Position numbers and translations under genes: made by a program. This document shows, piece after piece, positions 48,617 to 57,676 of a DNA stretch of 64,000 nucleotides (its first letter is position 1; the number at the start of each line of letters is the position of its first letter). A model generated the notes under the pieces. The model saw nothing but the letters and a program-made list of their open reading frames with translations. It made no database searches and was not told the DNA's origin. This DNA is from a virus (lineage: Duplodnaviria; Caudoviricetes): positions 32,001 to 96,000 of IMG/VR virus record IMGVR_UViG_3300033073_001635. One strand, 5' to 3'.

Positions 48617-49334
48617 TTTGCCGCCCCTTCACTTTATTGATTTCTTCTTTAATCCTATTTATTTGTTTGTCTAATGTTTGTCTTTGTGCATCTGTTAAAT
48701 TTTCATTAATTAAACCTAAAACTACATTCATTTGTTTTTCTAATTGATTTATAGTTTCTGACTCTGTTGCTTTTGGTGGTTCATTTGTAGCTACTTTCTT
48801 TTTGGCACTTCTTTCTATTAATTTGAAATCATCAAAATCTTTTGCCATAAATTGAAAAACCATTTCAGTCACCATGTCATTTACAGAAGTTACCATAGAT
48901 TGAGAAATTAAACTAATTCCTTTAATTTTAAATTCTGAATAAAAACTCTTATGACCTTCAGATTGATAAATTAAAAGCAAATCAAAACTTTGATTATTTA
49001 AAATACTTAAAGATCCTGAACGTGCAGAGTCTCCGTTTACGCATTGAGTTTTAACTGCATTTTGTTCGCTTTCAGTAGCTTTTTTTAAAAAAGCTAATGG
49101 ATGATCTTTCAATACAGTTAAAACTAAAGTTCCTGCAATAGTACGAATAGCTTTTGTAAATCCAACCGGAATAGCAAAACCTAATCTTCGAACAGGATTC
49201 CTCATTTCATTTACTTGAAATGAAATAGTAGAGAGTGAATTCAATTTGTAAGTTTCATTACCTTGAATTATATATGCTTCAACATCTGTTCCCGAAAAAG
49301 AGAATGGATAATTATAATTATTTTCAATAGTCAT
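48606..49334 (-). CDS. Tail tube-like protein (paralog 2) with C-terminal coiled coil
   Basis: SFSGTDV...TISFQV...PVRRLG...GFTKAIRTIAGTL...SVNDMVTE...FMAKD. Confidence 0.7.
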   Translation of the reverse strand: MTIENNYNYPFSFSGTDVEAYIIQGNETYKLNSLSTISFQVNEMRNPVRRLGFAIPVGFTKAIRTIAGTLVLTVLKDHPLAFLKKATESEQNAVKTQCVNGDSARSGSLSILNNQSFDLLLIYQSEGHKSFYSEFKIKGISLISQSMVTSVNDMVTEMVFQFMAKDFDDFKLIERSAKKKVATNEPPKATESETINQLEKQMNVVLGLINENLTDAQRQTLDKQINRIKEEINKVKGRQNDN

Positions 49335-49363
49335 AATAGTATTATGGCCCTTTTATTTATTTA

Positions 49364-50104
49364 TTAAGCTTGAGTGCCTTGTTGATCTCTGTTACTGTTA
49401 TTAAAATCACTACTAGTGCTTGCAACTGCTAAAGCAGTCCAAGGCAACAAAGTTCTACAAACATATGTCATTTGGTTTTCAATGACGATGTCATCAATTG
49501 AGAAACCAGAACCTTCATTCAAAATTTCACAACCAAACAATCTCATTTGAGCAGAATTACCATATTCATTAACAGCATGAATAACAACATCAAAAGGCAA
49601 AATTTGATCAACATAAAAAACTTTATTCCAAGCATAATTAGCAGTAATATCATCTACCTTTAATGCTGCATTTTGTTGTTCATATTGAGTACGTTGTCCA
49701 GCACCACCACTACTTAAACTTAAACCTGTTTGATTACTGTTACCTAAAGCTTGTAGCATCTCAGATGAACCTTTAGCGCTAACATTTTTAGCAGCATCAG
49801 CATTTGTACCAATAGAAGCAAAAATTTCACCTTTATCCAAGTAAGCTTTTTCATTTTTAAAAGCATCTGAATTAAGCATATGTTGATTTAACATCAAACT
49901 AATCATTGTACCAGCAATACCACGTTTACCACGAGAAAAACTGATTGGATCTACGGAACCCATTACATAAATAGGTGCTTTTTCACGTTGAATAGCATAT
50001 GAAACAGCTTGCATAGAACCAGCAACTTGACCGTTCATAACTACTTTAATATCTACACCTGCAAAAGAGGTATAAGTTTTAGCAAGATCTAAACTACTAG
50101 CCAT
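49364..50104 (-). CDS. Major tail tube protein
   Basis: Directly follows the sheath gene; strong AGGAG RBS; TSFAGVDI...QAVSYAIQREKAPIYVMG...FSRGKRGIAG...EILNEGSGFSIDD. Confidence 0.8.
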   Translation of the reverse strand: MASSLDLAKTYTSFAGVDIKVVMNGQVAGSMQAVSYAIQREKAPIYVMGSVDPISFSRGKRGIAGTMISLMLNQHMLNSDAFKNEKAYLDKGEIFASIGTNADAAKNVSAKGSSEMLQALGNSNQTGLSLSSGGAGQRTQYEQQNAALKVDDITANYAWNKVFYVDQILPFDVVIHAVNEYGNSAQMRLFGCEILNEGSGFSIDDIVIENQMTYVCRTLLPWTALAVASTSSDFNNSNRDQQGTQA

Positions 50105-50120
50105 ATTAATTGTCTCCTAA

Positions 50121-52679
50121 TTATTGAGGAGGAAGAACTGTCATGTCTACATTAACAGTTTCCAAAGAAAAAGGTGGAATAAATGACACGGAAACATTCA
50201 ATCTACCAGCTATTTCATCAGCTTTTGTAGCTGAAATTTTTGCTGGTTGATAACCTTGAATGTTACCAAGTCTAACTTCGCCGGTCATAAAACCTTCAAT
50301 TCGTTGAGCCATTGTTGTTCTTGCAAAATCAACAGTTTTACCCAAGAAAGGTAATGCCATATCTCTAATGTTTGAGAGAATTCTGTTAGCTGCTCTAAGA
50401 GTAGAAACTCTTGTATAATCACTAGTTGGCAATGCTGCTGTTCTAAGAATACTTAATGAACCAGCACTGTCAAACATGCAAACTCTACCAAGAGCTAAAC
50501 TATTTAATAATGATTTTGGAACAGAAACACCAAGTACACTTACGCCAGCAATTCTACCATTAACTGGACCAATTGGTTCTTCGTTAATTGGTAAAGCTAA
50601 TAACTTACCCATAACTGCAGGTGCAAGATTTACAAACTTTGAAACTTTTGGCAAAGCAAGAATCTTATCTGTTCTAGTATTTTGAGGAGTGATAGTACCC
50701 CAAGAACCAACAATAACAACATGCTTACCAATATCAATTGGCAATCCTTTTGAATCTACAGCTTCATCAGTATCATCAATACCATAGGGTTCGCCGTTTG
50801 GCAATTGATTACCAGTAGTTAGAATTATACCACCAAATGGTCTGCCACTTCTATAATCTGAAGCACCAAACAACAACTTGCAACCTTGAAGCATTGTACC
50901 ATTTTGAGCTACTACCAATTCGCCAGTATCTTCATCAATTTGATACAAAGGAGATTTACCAGCCCATTTTTGAACACCATCGTTTGATGGTTTAGGTTGA
51001 CTAACTGGTACAAAAGCAACGCATTGTCTATATACATTAGAAGCTTTATAGGCCATAGATGCAGCTTGATGTAAGAAACTAATCTCACGAATATATTCTG
51101 GTTTTATATTCAAGCTAACTGTTGTATTTAATGGCGTTGTCCAACTACTAAAGCTTAATAACTCTTCAATTACGGTTTCAGGTACCAATTGACCAGTTAA
51201 TTTAAATGCACTAATTACAAAAGGATCACAATTAATTACTTTGTCATAATCAAGATTTGTATCATTCTTAGCAATCAAATAATCAGAAAGCGCTAAAGTT
51301 CCAGCCACCTTAGATGCTCTAATTGTAAATTTAGCTGTTTTACCTGCTAAACTATAGGTAGATTTAATTTTGATTGTAAAGATAATTTCATCTGGTTTAC
51401 CAATCTTGATTTCCTTTGTAGTACCATCAGCAATTGATGCTGTTTTAACAGCAACTTTAATCTTTCCACTCTCTAATGGAAACATTTCAACACTATCACT
51501 AACAGCAGCTAAATCAAGAATTTCAACTTCAAATAAATTAAGCAGATCGCCAAGTTGAACACCAGCAGAACCTACTTGATAACTTAATTGAGTAACAGTA
51601 CCACCAGCATTAGTAGCCAAAACTCTTTCAGCAGTAGAAACGTTATCAGGATTTAATGCATCTTTTCTACCAAACATATAAAGATATGGGGTGCCTTCAT
51701 GTACATATTTCCACATGTAACCTAAATTATAACTACCATAATCAATTGCTTGAGAAATGGTTGCATTTTCTAAATCCAAAGGCAAAACATCTGCATAACA
51801 ACCTTCAACATAAATCATGTCAGAAGTTAAATAATCTAAGTCTTGATATTTAACTTCTAAAGATGCATATTTATTTAAATAATCTGGTTCATAATCACTA
51901 CTAGTTACATGTTTTGTAACTTTGTATGTTGAAGAATTAGCAGCTGCGGAAGCAGTAGTAGAACTACTGTTAAAAGAATGAATATCAGCTATAGTTAATT
52001 CGTCAAACTTTTTACAACCTGTCATTATTATTGTTTTTGATACTGCATCACTAAGACTCAAAGGAGCACTTCCAGCGTATGCACTAGGTGTAAAAAGAAT
52101 TTGATCATTGCCAACATCATTGTTAATTTCTACATCGAAATCTGCAAGATTTTGAGTTAATTCTAACTCTGAATCATAAATAATAGATTGAGTAGATGCA
52201 GTTAATTCTTGAATAATAACAACTCTTTGCTTGTAAATATTTCCTTTTTTAACAGGAACCAATGCTAAACGAAAAGCTTTGAAAGCATCAAGTTGTTGAT
52301 TACCTACTAAAACATCTCCTTGTCTTTTAGGAGAAATCTTAATAACGGTTTCATATTCTGAAGAATTTGCTTGCACTAATTTTTGAATTAAAAGATGTTC
52401 TGATTTAGTTGCAATTCTAACTAAATCAACATTTGATGCTTCAGGTAAATTTGCAAGCGCTGTTTGATAAGCAGTTGCAAGTTCACTAAATTCACCAAAT
52501 TCTGAAACAGTAGATTCTAAAGATTCTGCAGTAAATAAACGACCGGCAATACCTTTTACGGCGCTAGCAGCAATCATAACTCTTGGTCCAGCTTCCTGAT
52601 TCTTTGCAACAGAAAGTGAGCCATCATTGTAAGTGACATTTGCACCAGGTACTCGTGTATAAAAATCTTTGTAAGCCAT
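50121..52679 (-). CDS. Tail sheath protein
   Basis: 852 aa; N-terminal VPG...EFGEFSEL and C-terminal SDYTRVSTLR...PFLG...GRLNVSVSFIPPFSLETVNV are sheath-like; GAGGAGG RBS. Confidence 0.88.
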   Translation of the reverse strand: MAYKDFYTRVPGANVTYNDGSLSVAKNQEAGPRVMIAASAVKGIAGRLFTAESLESTVSEFGEFSELATAYQTALANLPEASNVDLVRIATKSEHLLIQKLVQANSSEYETVIKISPKRQGDVLVGNQQLDAFKAFRLALVPVKKGNIYKQRVVIIQELTASTQSIIYDSELELTQNLADFDVEINNDVGNDQILFTPSAYAGSAPLSLSDAVSKTIIMTGCKKFDELTIADIHSFNSSSTTASAAANSSTYKVTKHVTSSDYEPDYLNKYASLEVKYQDLDYLTSDMIYVEGCYADVLPLDLENATISQAIDYGSYNLGYMWKYVHEGTPYLYMFGRKDALNPDNVSTAERVLATNAGGTVTQLSYQVGSAGVQLGDLLNLFEVEILDLAAVSDSVEMFPLESGKIKVAVKTASIADGTTKEIKIGKPDEIIFTIKIKSTYSLAGKTAKFTIRASKVAGTLALSDYLIAKNDTNLDYDKVINCDPFVISAFKLTGQLVPETVIEELLSFSSWTTPLNTTVSLNIKPEYIREISFLHQAASMAYKASNVYRQCVAFVPVSQPKPSNDGVQKWAGKSPLYQIDEDTGELVVAQNGTMLQGCKLLFGASDYRSGRPFGGIILTTGNQLPNGEPYGIDDTDEAVDSKGLPIDIGKHVVIVGSWGTITPQNTRTDKILALPKVSKFVNLAPAVMGKLLALPINEEPIGPVNGRIAGVSVLGVSVPKSLLNSLALGRVCMFDSAGSLSILRTAALPTSDYTRVSTLRAANRILSNIRDMALPFLGKTVDFARTTMAQRIEGFMTGEVRLGNIQGYQPAKISATKADEIAGRLNVSVSFIPPFSLETVNVDMTVLPPQ

Positions 52680-52690
52680 AATAGCCTCCT

Positions 52691-53434
52691 CTAAATTTTG
52701 TTAATACTAATTAGTAATTCTCTAAGTATTGATTCAGCTTTAATATCGAATTCTCTAAAACGTAGAAAGAAATGAATTGGTCTATAAAACAATCTTTGAC
52801 CACCAACTGTCATGTAAGTGTCAGAATGTCTTGCTTCCCAATAGAATCTTTCTGCGCCTTTGATTTCAAATACAAAAGCATTGTTTATTAATAATTTTTC
52901 TAACCAAATAGCTCTATCATTTGCAAGTTTATTTGTTTTTGCCCAACAATTAAATTCTACAATGTGATCTACTGGTCTAGATTCTACAGTTAAAATCTTA
53001 TTTGGATAATTTGGTGAGCCTGATTCAAATGAATAAGTTGATTTACGTACAGGTCTGCCTGTACCAGTTTTATTCATCATACCAGGTTTCCTAGAAACTA
53101 CTTTGAAAGTAATAACTTCATCTCCATAAGTATCCATCGTTTCTGGTGGATATTCTTCTACAAGTTTAACAATTTTATTTTCTAAAATTCCAGATCTTTT
53201 TTGTGCATCTGCAATTAAATTAGAAGCAGTAGAAAAAAACTCTTCTAAAGTTAAAGGATTTGTGTTTGGTAAAAAATCATTTAAATTAATTTGATAAGGA
53301 TTTTCTATTTTTATTTTAGATTCTAATTGATTCATTATATTATCGTCTTGATCTAAAATTTGAAGAATTACATCTTGTTCTTTTTTTAAATCGTCCATAT
53401 CATAATTAAAATTTAAAATATCTTTTTTCATCAA
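52691..53434 (-). CDS. Putative tail terminator/completion protein
   Basis: 247 aa just upstream of the sheath gene; VEFNCWAKTNKLANDRAIWLE pattern. Confidence 0.6.
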   Translation of the reverse strand: MMKKDILNFNYDMDDLKKEQDVILQILDQDDNIMNQLESKIKIENPYQINLNDFLPNTNPLTLEEFFSTASNLIADAQKRSGILENKIVKLVEEYPPETMDTYGDEVITFKVVSRKPGMMNKTGTGRPVRKSTYSFESGSPNYPNKILTVESRPVDHIVEFNCWAKTNKLANDRAIWLEKLLINNAFVFEIKGAERFYWEARHSDTYMTVGGQRLFYRPIHFFLRFREFDIKAESILRELLISINKI

Positions 53435-53973
53435 TTGTTCAACCTTATGGAGTTTTCTTCTCTACAATGAATTGCTAAATATTCAAGCCTTCCATTATCA
53501 GAACGATATTCTTGAATAGTTTCAGGTCTGTATATTACATTTCTAACATATGGTATACTTGGATTACCATCATAATCAAGTTTTAACTCAATTATTTTAT
53601 CTTTATATGTAAATAAAGTATCGTAACGAAAGAAAAAGGTTTTATAATCAGTTCTTATCTCACCTGCTTGAATTCTTCTAAATCGAGTATGAAAAGAATC
53701 TCCACCTCTCATCATCGAATAAGTTTCAGCCCATTCTTCGTCCCAAATATATTTTTCACCTAAACAAAAATTACAAGAAGATTCAGTTGTAGCTTCATCT
53801 GATAAAGGTGATGCGCATTTACATTTTAGTAATTCGTTATTTTCATTGCGACGAAATCTTCTAATTAAAACTTTATGAGCATGTTTTATTCCACCAGATT
53901 TACCAAGAATAAAATCATCAAAAGTTTTTCTTAAATCTTTTTCTCTACTGATTTTATGAAATGAGCGTTTCAT
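53431..53973 (-). CDS. Putative head closure/neck protein with Cys cluster
   Basis: 180 aa; CKC...CNFCLG Zn-binding-like motif; RSDNGRLEY; neck position. Confidence 0.6.
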   Translation of the reverse strand: MKRSFHKISREKDLRKTFDDFILGKSGGIKHAHKVLIRRFRRNENNELLKCKCASPLSDEATTESSCNFCLGEKYIWDEEWAETYSMMRGGDSFHTRFRRIQAGEIRTDYKTFFFRYDTLFTYKDKIIELKLDYDGNPSIPYVRNVIYRPETIQEYRSDNGRLEYLAIHCREENSIRLNN

Positions 53974-53974
53974 A

Positions 53975-54976
53975 TTATTGACCTCTACCTAATCTACCAG
54001 TAGTGAAGTAGTGATAGTTCCAAATAGTGTAACCTGACTTGTATTTGTTTTCACCAGGTTTCATATATTTACTATTATTGGTTGGTAACCAATAATATTC
54101 ATTCCAAGGATCATGCCATTGGCGAGATATAAGATTTTTATCAGATCTTTTAATTCCTTTTTCACCAAAAGTTGTACCAAATGATTGACCAAAAGTAACA
54201 TGTCCACCAGCATTGATTACTCTCATCCATTCATCTCTTTGCTCTTTATATTCTTTTAACAAATCTTTAATATCTAAATCTAAATCAGCATTTTGAACAG
54301 ATAGATCTCCAAGTGTTTTGTGTGTTTTAGAATTAGAGCCATATGCACCAACAGGCATAGTAAATAAAGAGATTGCAGCGTCAAATAAAACAAATCTAGT
54401 TCTTGCATAAAAATAATTCTGACCTACAGGTTTTTTACAAGTAAATTGATCTGCTTTTATAGAAGACCAATGAATTGCTAATCCTAAAGTGTCATCTGGT
54501 ATATCATTCATCCAAGTACCACATTCAACTCTAAGCATTTCAATAGGTGCATAAAATGGATTGAATTCTGTACAATAATAGAATTCATAATCTTCATTTA
54601 ATTTATTGCCTTCAAAATCTGAAATGTTTGAATCTAAAGTTATTAAAATTAATTCATTATAATCTATAATATTTTGACCAGCTTTTATTTCTCCACCAGC
54701 AAAAACAGAAAAAGAAAAATCATATAGAATTTCTTCCCCATCAATAACTGCAATCCATTCTTCTATATATTGACCAGCAATATCTGTTTGATCAAATTCA
54801 TATACAAAGAATCCTGTTTCTAAATTTAAAAACCCGTCATTAATAATAATTTGTTCTGAATTTGGTTTAGTAATTACTAATGTAATTTCAGATGGATTTA
54901 CTGGTTGTGATTTAAAATTATTAAATACAACTTTTAATTTGATTGCAGTATTTAAACTTACACTTCTACTTGCCAT
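53975..54976 (-). CDS. Putative head-tail adaptor with N-terminal Ig-like domain
   Basis: 333 aa; N-terminal beta-sandwich pattern; KTLGDLSV motif typical of head-tail connectors; AGGAG RBS. Confidence 0.6.
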   Translation of the reverse strand: MASRSVSLNTAIKLKVVFNNFKSQPVNPSEITLVITKPNSEQIIINDGFLNLETGFFVYEFDQTDIAGQYIEEWIAVIDGEEILYDFSFSVFAGGEIKAGQNIIDYNELILITLDSNISDFEGNKLNEDYEFYYCTEFNPFYAPIEMLRVECGTWMNDIPDDTLGLAIHWSSIKADQFTCKKPVGQNYFYARTRFVLFDAAISLFTMPVGAYGSNSKTHKTLGDLSVQNADLDLDIKDLLKEYKEQRDEWMRVINAGGHVTFGQSFGTTFGEKGIKRSDKNLISRQWHDPWNEYYWLPTNNSKYMKPGENKYKSGYTIWNYHYFTTGRLGRGQ

Positions 54977-54989
54977 ATTTAATAACTCC

Positions 54990-56099
54990 TTAAATTTCTA
55001 TAATAATTTTATTTTCTACAACGGAAACTATTTTGTAAAGTTTTTTAGTTTTTGGATGAGAGCTATATACATTATTATAATAACCTGAAACTGGCAAAAC
55101 ATCTATTTTTACCGAATCTTGAGTTACAGAAGCAGGATCTAGTATTTTATTAAAATGAATTTCTATTAAATTGTTAGTCAAAGGCACATTGATTGCACCT
55201 TCATGTGGAGTAACTTTAATTATTGCTAGTGGTTCAAAATTATTAATCAGAACAGTGTTGATAGGTGATGTTGACTTATAATCTGGTTCAGGTTCTGTAT
55301 ACACAGCTCCATTATTTGTGCTAAAATTAATTATATAACTAGATTCAAGAAAATCAGTTTTATAGCATTTAATAGTTATTAATTCACCAGCATTATATTG
55401 AATATTATCAAATTTAATATTTAAACCCTTATCTACGCTTCTCCATCTTGCAGAACATCTAGATAATCTTTCCATATTTTTATTTTGGTCATCAAAATAA
55501 TAAATATATTGAGCAGCATTACCAATCCCAGTTTCTACTATTTCAATAGTTAATAAACTACCAATTCCATTTTCGCCTCTATACAATCCTTTAACTTTAA
55601 CTCTATCATCTACTGAATTATTAAATTTTGCAGAATATATAGTTCTTAAAGAAATTGCATTATTGTTTTTATACATTGGATCTAAATTTTGAGTATTACT
55701 TCCAATTAAATATATCTGATACTCACTGTTTAAAGCTAAAGTTTTTTTAGGTTTAATTATTGCAGCGGTATAATAATTACTTCTGTCAAAATCATTTTCG
55801 GGTGTAACTATTTCTTTAGTTACAGGATCTAAAAAACTAATTTCAACATCAAATTCACAAAAACCTTTATAACTAGGTGAACGTAAAAAGTTTTTATTTT
55901 CACCACTAGTTTCATTAATCCACAAAGCATTATCAGGCATTGTAGTTCTATCAAAATCCAAACCAATTAAAATAACTGAATTCTTAATAGATTCGATATC
56001 TACTTCTTTGTCAAAAACTAATCTAAAAGTAGAACCATTAGGAATGTTTGTGCTTAGATTCTGTGGGTAACTCAGTGTTGGTAGAAAATTTATTGTCAT
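54990..56099 (-). CDS. Ig-like (Big_5/SbsA-type) domain virion protein
   Basis: SYPQNLSTNIP...LVFDKEVD and VTPHEGAINVP...IEIHFNKILDPASVT. The start is more likely the ATG at 56099 (AGGTG upstream) than the GTG at 56111 given in the track. Confidence 0.7.
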   Translation of the reverse strand: MTINFLPTLSYPQNLSTNIPNGSTFRLVFDKEVDIESIKNSVILIGLDFDRTTMPDNALWINETSGENKNFLRSPSYKGFCEFDVEISFLDPVTKEIVTPENDFDRSNYYTAAIIKPKKTLALNSEYQIYLIGSNTQNLDPMYKNNNAISLRTIYSAKFNNSVDDRVKVKGLYRGENGIGSLLTIEIVETGIGNAAQYIYYFDDQNKNMERLSRCSARWRSVDKGLNIKFDNIQYNAGELITIKCYKTDFLESSYIINFSTNNGAVYTEPEPDYKSTSPINTVLINNFEPLAIIKVTPHEGAINVPLTNNLIEIHFNKILDPASVTQDSVKIDVLPVSGYYNNVYSSHPKTKKLYKIVSVVENKIIIEI

Positions 56100-56235
56100 T
56101 TTTGTTTTCACCTATTTTAACTTCTATAAATTCTTCTTCATCTATTACTTGATGATTGTATGGATTTGTTGGATCAAAAATAAAGTATTCTTCTTCAAAT
56201 AATTCTAATTCTTTTTTTTCTTTAAACCAAGACAT
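56038..56235 (-). CDS. Small acidic hypothetical protein
   Basis: 65 aa; strong AGGAGA RBS right after the capsid hairpin; overlaps the next gene in another frame. Confidence 0.55.
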   Translation of the reverse strand: MSWFKEKKELELFEEEYFIFDPTNPYNHQVIDEEEFIEVKIGENKNDNKFSTNTELPTESKHKHS

Positions 56236-56245
56236 ATATATCTCC

Positions 56246-56290
56246 TATAAAAGCAGAAAGGGAAGCGGATCCGCTTCCCTTTCTTTTATA
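56246..56290 (-). terminator. Rho-independent terminator / attenuator downstream of the major capsid gene
   Basis: Perfect 30-bp palindrome AGAAAGGGAAGCGGATCCGCTTCCCTTTCT (56255..56284); on the minus strand the GC stem is followed by TTTCTGCTTTT. Confidence 0.8.
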
Positions 56291-56321
56291 CAAGAATCAT
56301 TTACAGTTTACAAGCAATGAA

Positions 56322-57656
56322 TTACATTTGATTCTTTACTTGTGCTTCAGAGATATCACTCATTTCAGCAAGAGCCTTAACAGTGCCATCCCAGAATTGT
56401 TCAGTTCTCTTAACATTCTTGAATACGCCAACACCTTGACCTTCGTGAGCTACAGCAAAACCATAACGTTCACGGATCTTAATCTTTACGGATTCAGTGT
56501 TTTCATCACGCCATTCAACAGTTGTAGGTTCTTCATCAACCAAGTGATAACCAACATTACCACCAGAAAGCAAGAAGATATCGCCTGTTTCTGATTCTGG
56601 ATCATAAGGACAAAGAGGAGAAACTTGAATTTGGAAATTGAATGGGAAATAGCTTGGAAGATTTGGAGCAGAAGTAGCTTGTTGTGAACGAGCAGTTACT
56701 GGAGAAATCTCAGAACCATTGCTACCTTGACCAGAAGAACCAATGCCACGACCATTGTTAATCTTTGTACCATTTGAAGGACCCATTGAACCCATAGTAC
56801 CATTGTTATATGGAGTGAGAACACCAGGTGCGCCACTATAAGCATTAAACCAAGATCCCCCACCATGCATCAACATCATTTGACGTAAAATAGGATCTTG
56901 AATGAATGAGTAATAGAATAAAGGATGCATAAGCAATGTTGTAGCAGAGAAACCTTCTTCAGCCATGTGAGCCATACCACGCATAAGATTATCCATAGTA
57001 AGAGCACCATTGCCAACCAAAACATTTCCAGACAAACCTCTACCTGTAGTTACACCATAGATAGAAGAAGATGGATTAATGTTATCATAAAGAGTAGTAC
57101 CAAGTTGCTTCAAGAAAGCAACGGCTTTTTGTTCCTTGTGACGGACAAGTGCATTACCCATAAGTTCAAGGTTCTTTGCCATGATATCAAATGTAGAATA
57201 TCTCAATGCTTCATCCGTGAAAGAAGCAGCAATACCACTCTTACCGATATAAGCAGTAGAAACAGCACCACCCATTTGGAAATTAACTTCTGGATATGTA
57301 CCAAGTTCTTGTACATCACCAGCATATACAGCGCCCATAGCACCCATCAAAATTTGAGTGTTAAGACCTTGTGCTTGAATACGTGTAAAGAGAGGTGTAA
57401 TTACTGCATTTGGTTCAACTGGTTCACGGATTAAAATTTCCATAGAAGTTTGAAGCAAAGGTGTGATTTCAGAAGCCTTAACCATGTCCTTATTCTTAGG
57501 ACTGATTGTTTCAGCAAAAGCTTTCCAAGATACTTTTTGTTCACTATCAGGTAATTGACCATTGTTACGGATCATATCAGCTAAATAACGTGAAGCTGCT
57601 TTTTGATTGCTAGGCAATTGAATTTGAGTGCCATCGACTAATTTTAATACTGTCAT
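56322..57656 (-). CDS. Major capsid protein (HK97 fold)
   Basis: 444 aa; KSGIAASFTDEALRYSTFDI, TLLMHP, KIKIRERYGFAV; strong RBS; visibly higher GC and biased codons; followed by a terminator. Confidence 0.88.
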   Translation of the reverse strand: MTVLKLVDGTQIQLPSNQKAASRYLADMIRNNGQLPDSEQKVSWKAFAETISPKNKDMVKASEITPLLQTSMEILIREPVEPNAVITPLFTRIQAQGLNTQILMGAMGAVYAGDVQELGTYPEVNFQMGGAVSTAYIGKSGIAASFTDEALRYSTFDIMAKNLELMGNALVRHKEQKAVAFLKQLGTTLYDNINPSSSIYGVTTGRGLSGNVLVGNGALTMDNLMRGMAHMAEEGFSATTLLMHPLFYYSFIQDPILRQMMLMHGGGSWFNAYSGAPGVLTPYNNGTMGSMGPSNGTKINNGRGIGSSGQGSNGSEISPVTARSQQATSAPNLPSYFPFNFQIQVSPLCPYDPESETGDIFLLSGGNVGYHLVDEEPTTVEWRDENTESVKIKIRERYGFAVAHEGQGVGVFKNVKRTEQFWDGTVKALAEMSDISEAQVKNQM

Positions 57657-57676
57657 ATTATTAACTCTCCTATAAA

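Noticed and set aside
18089-52679. Bacterial contractile injection system or tailocin rather than a phage
   Set aside because: Portal, prohead protease, major capsid and neck genes are directly linked upstream
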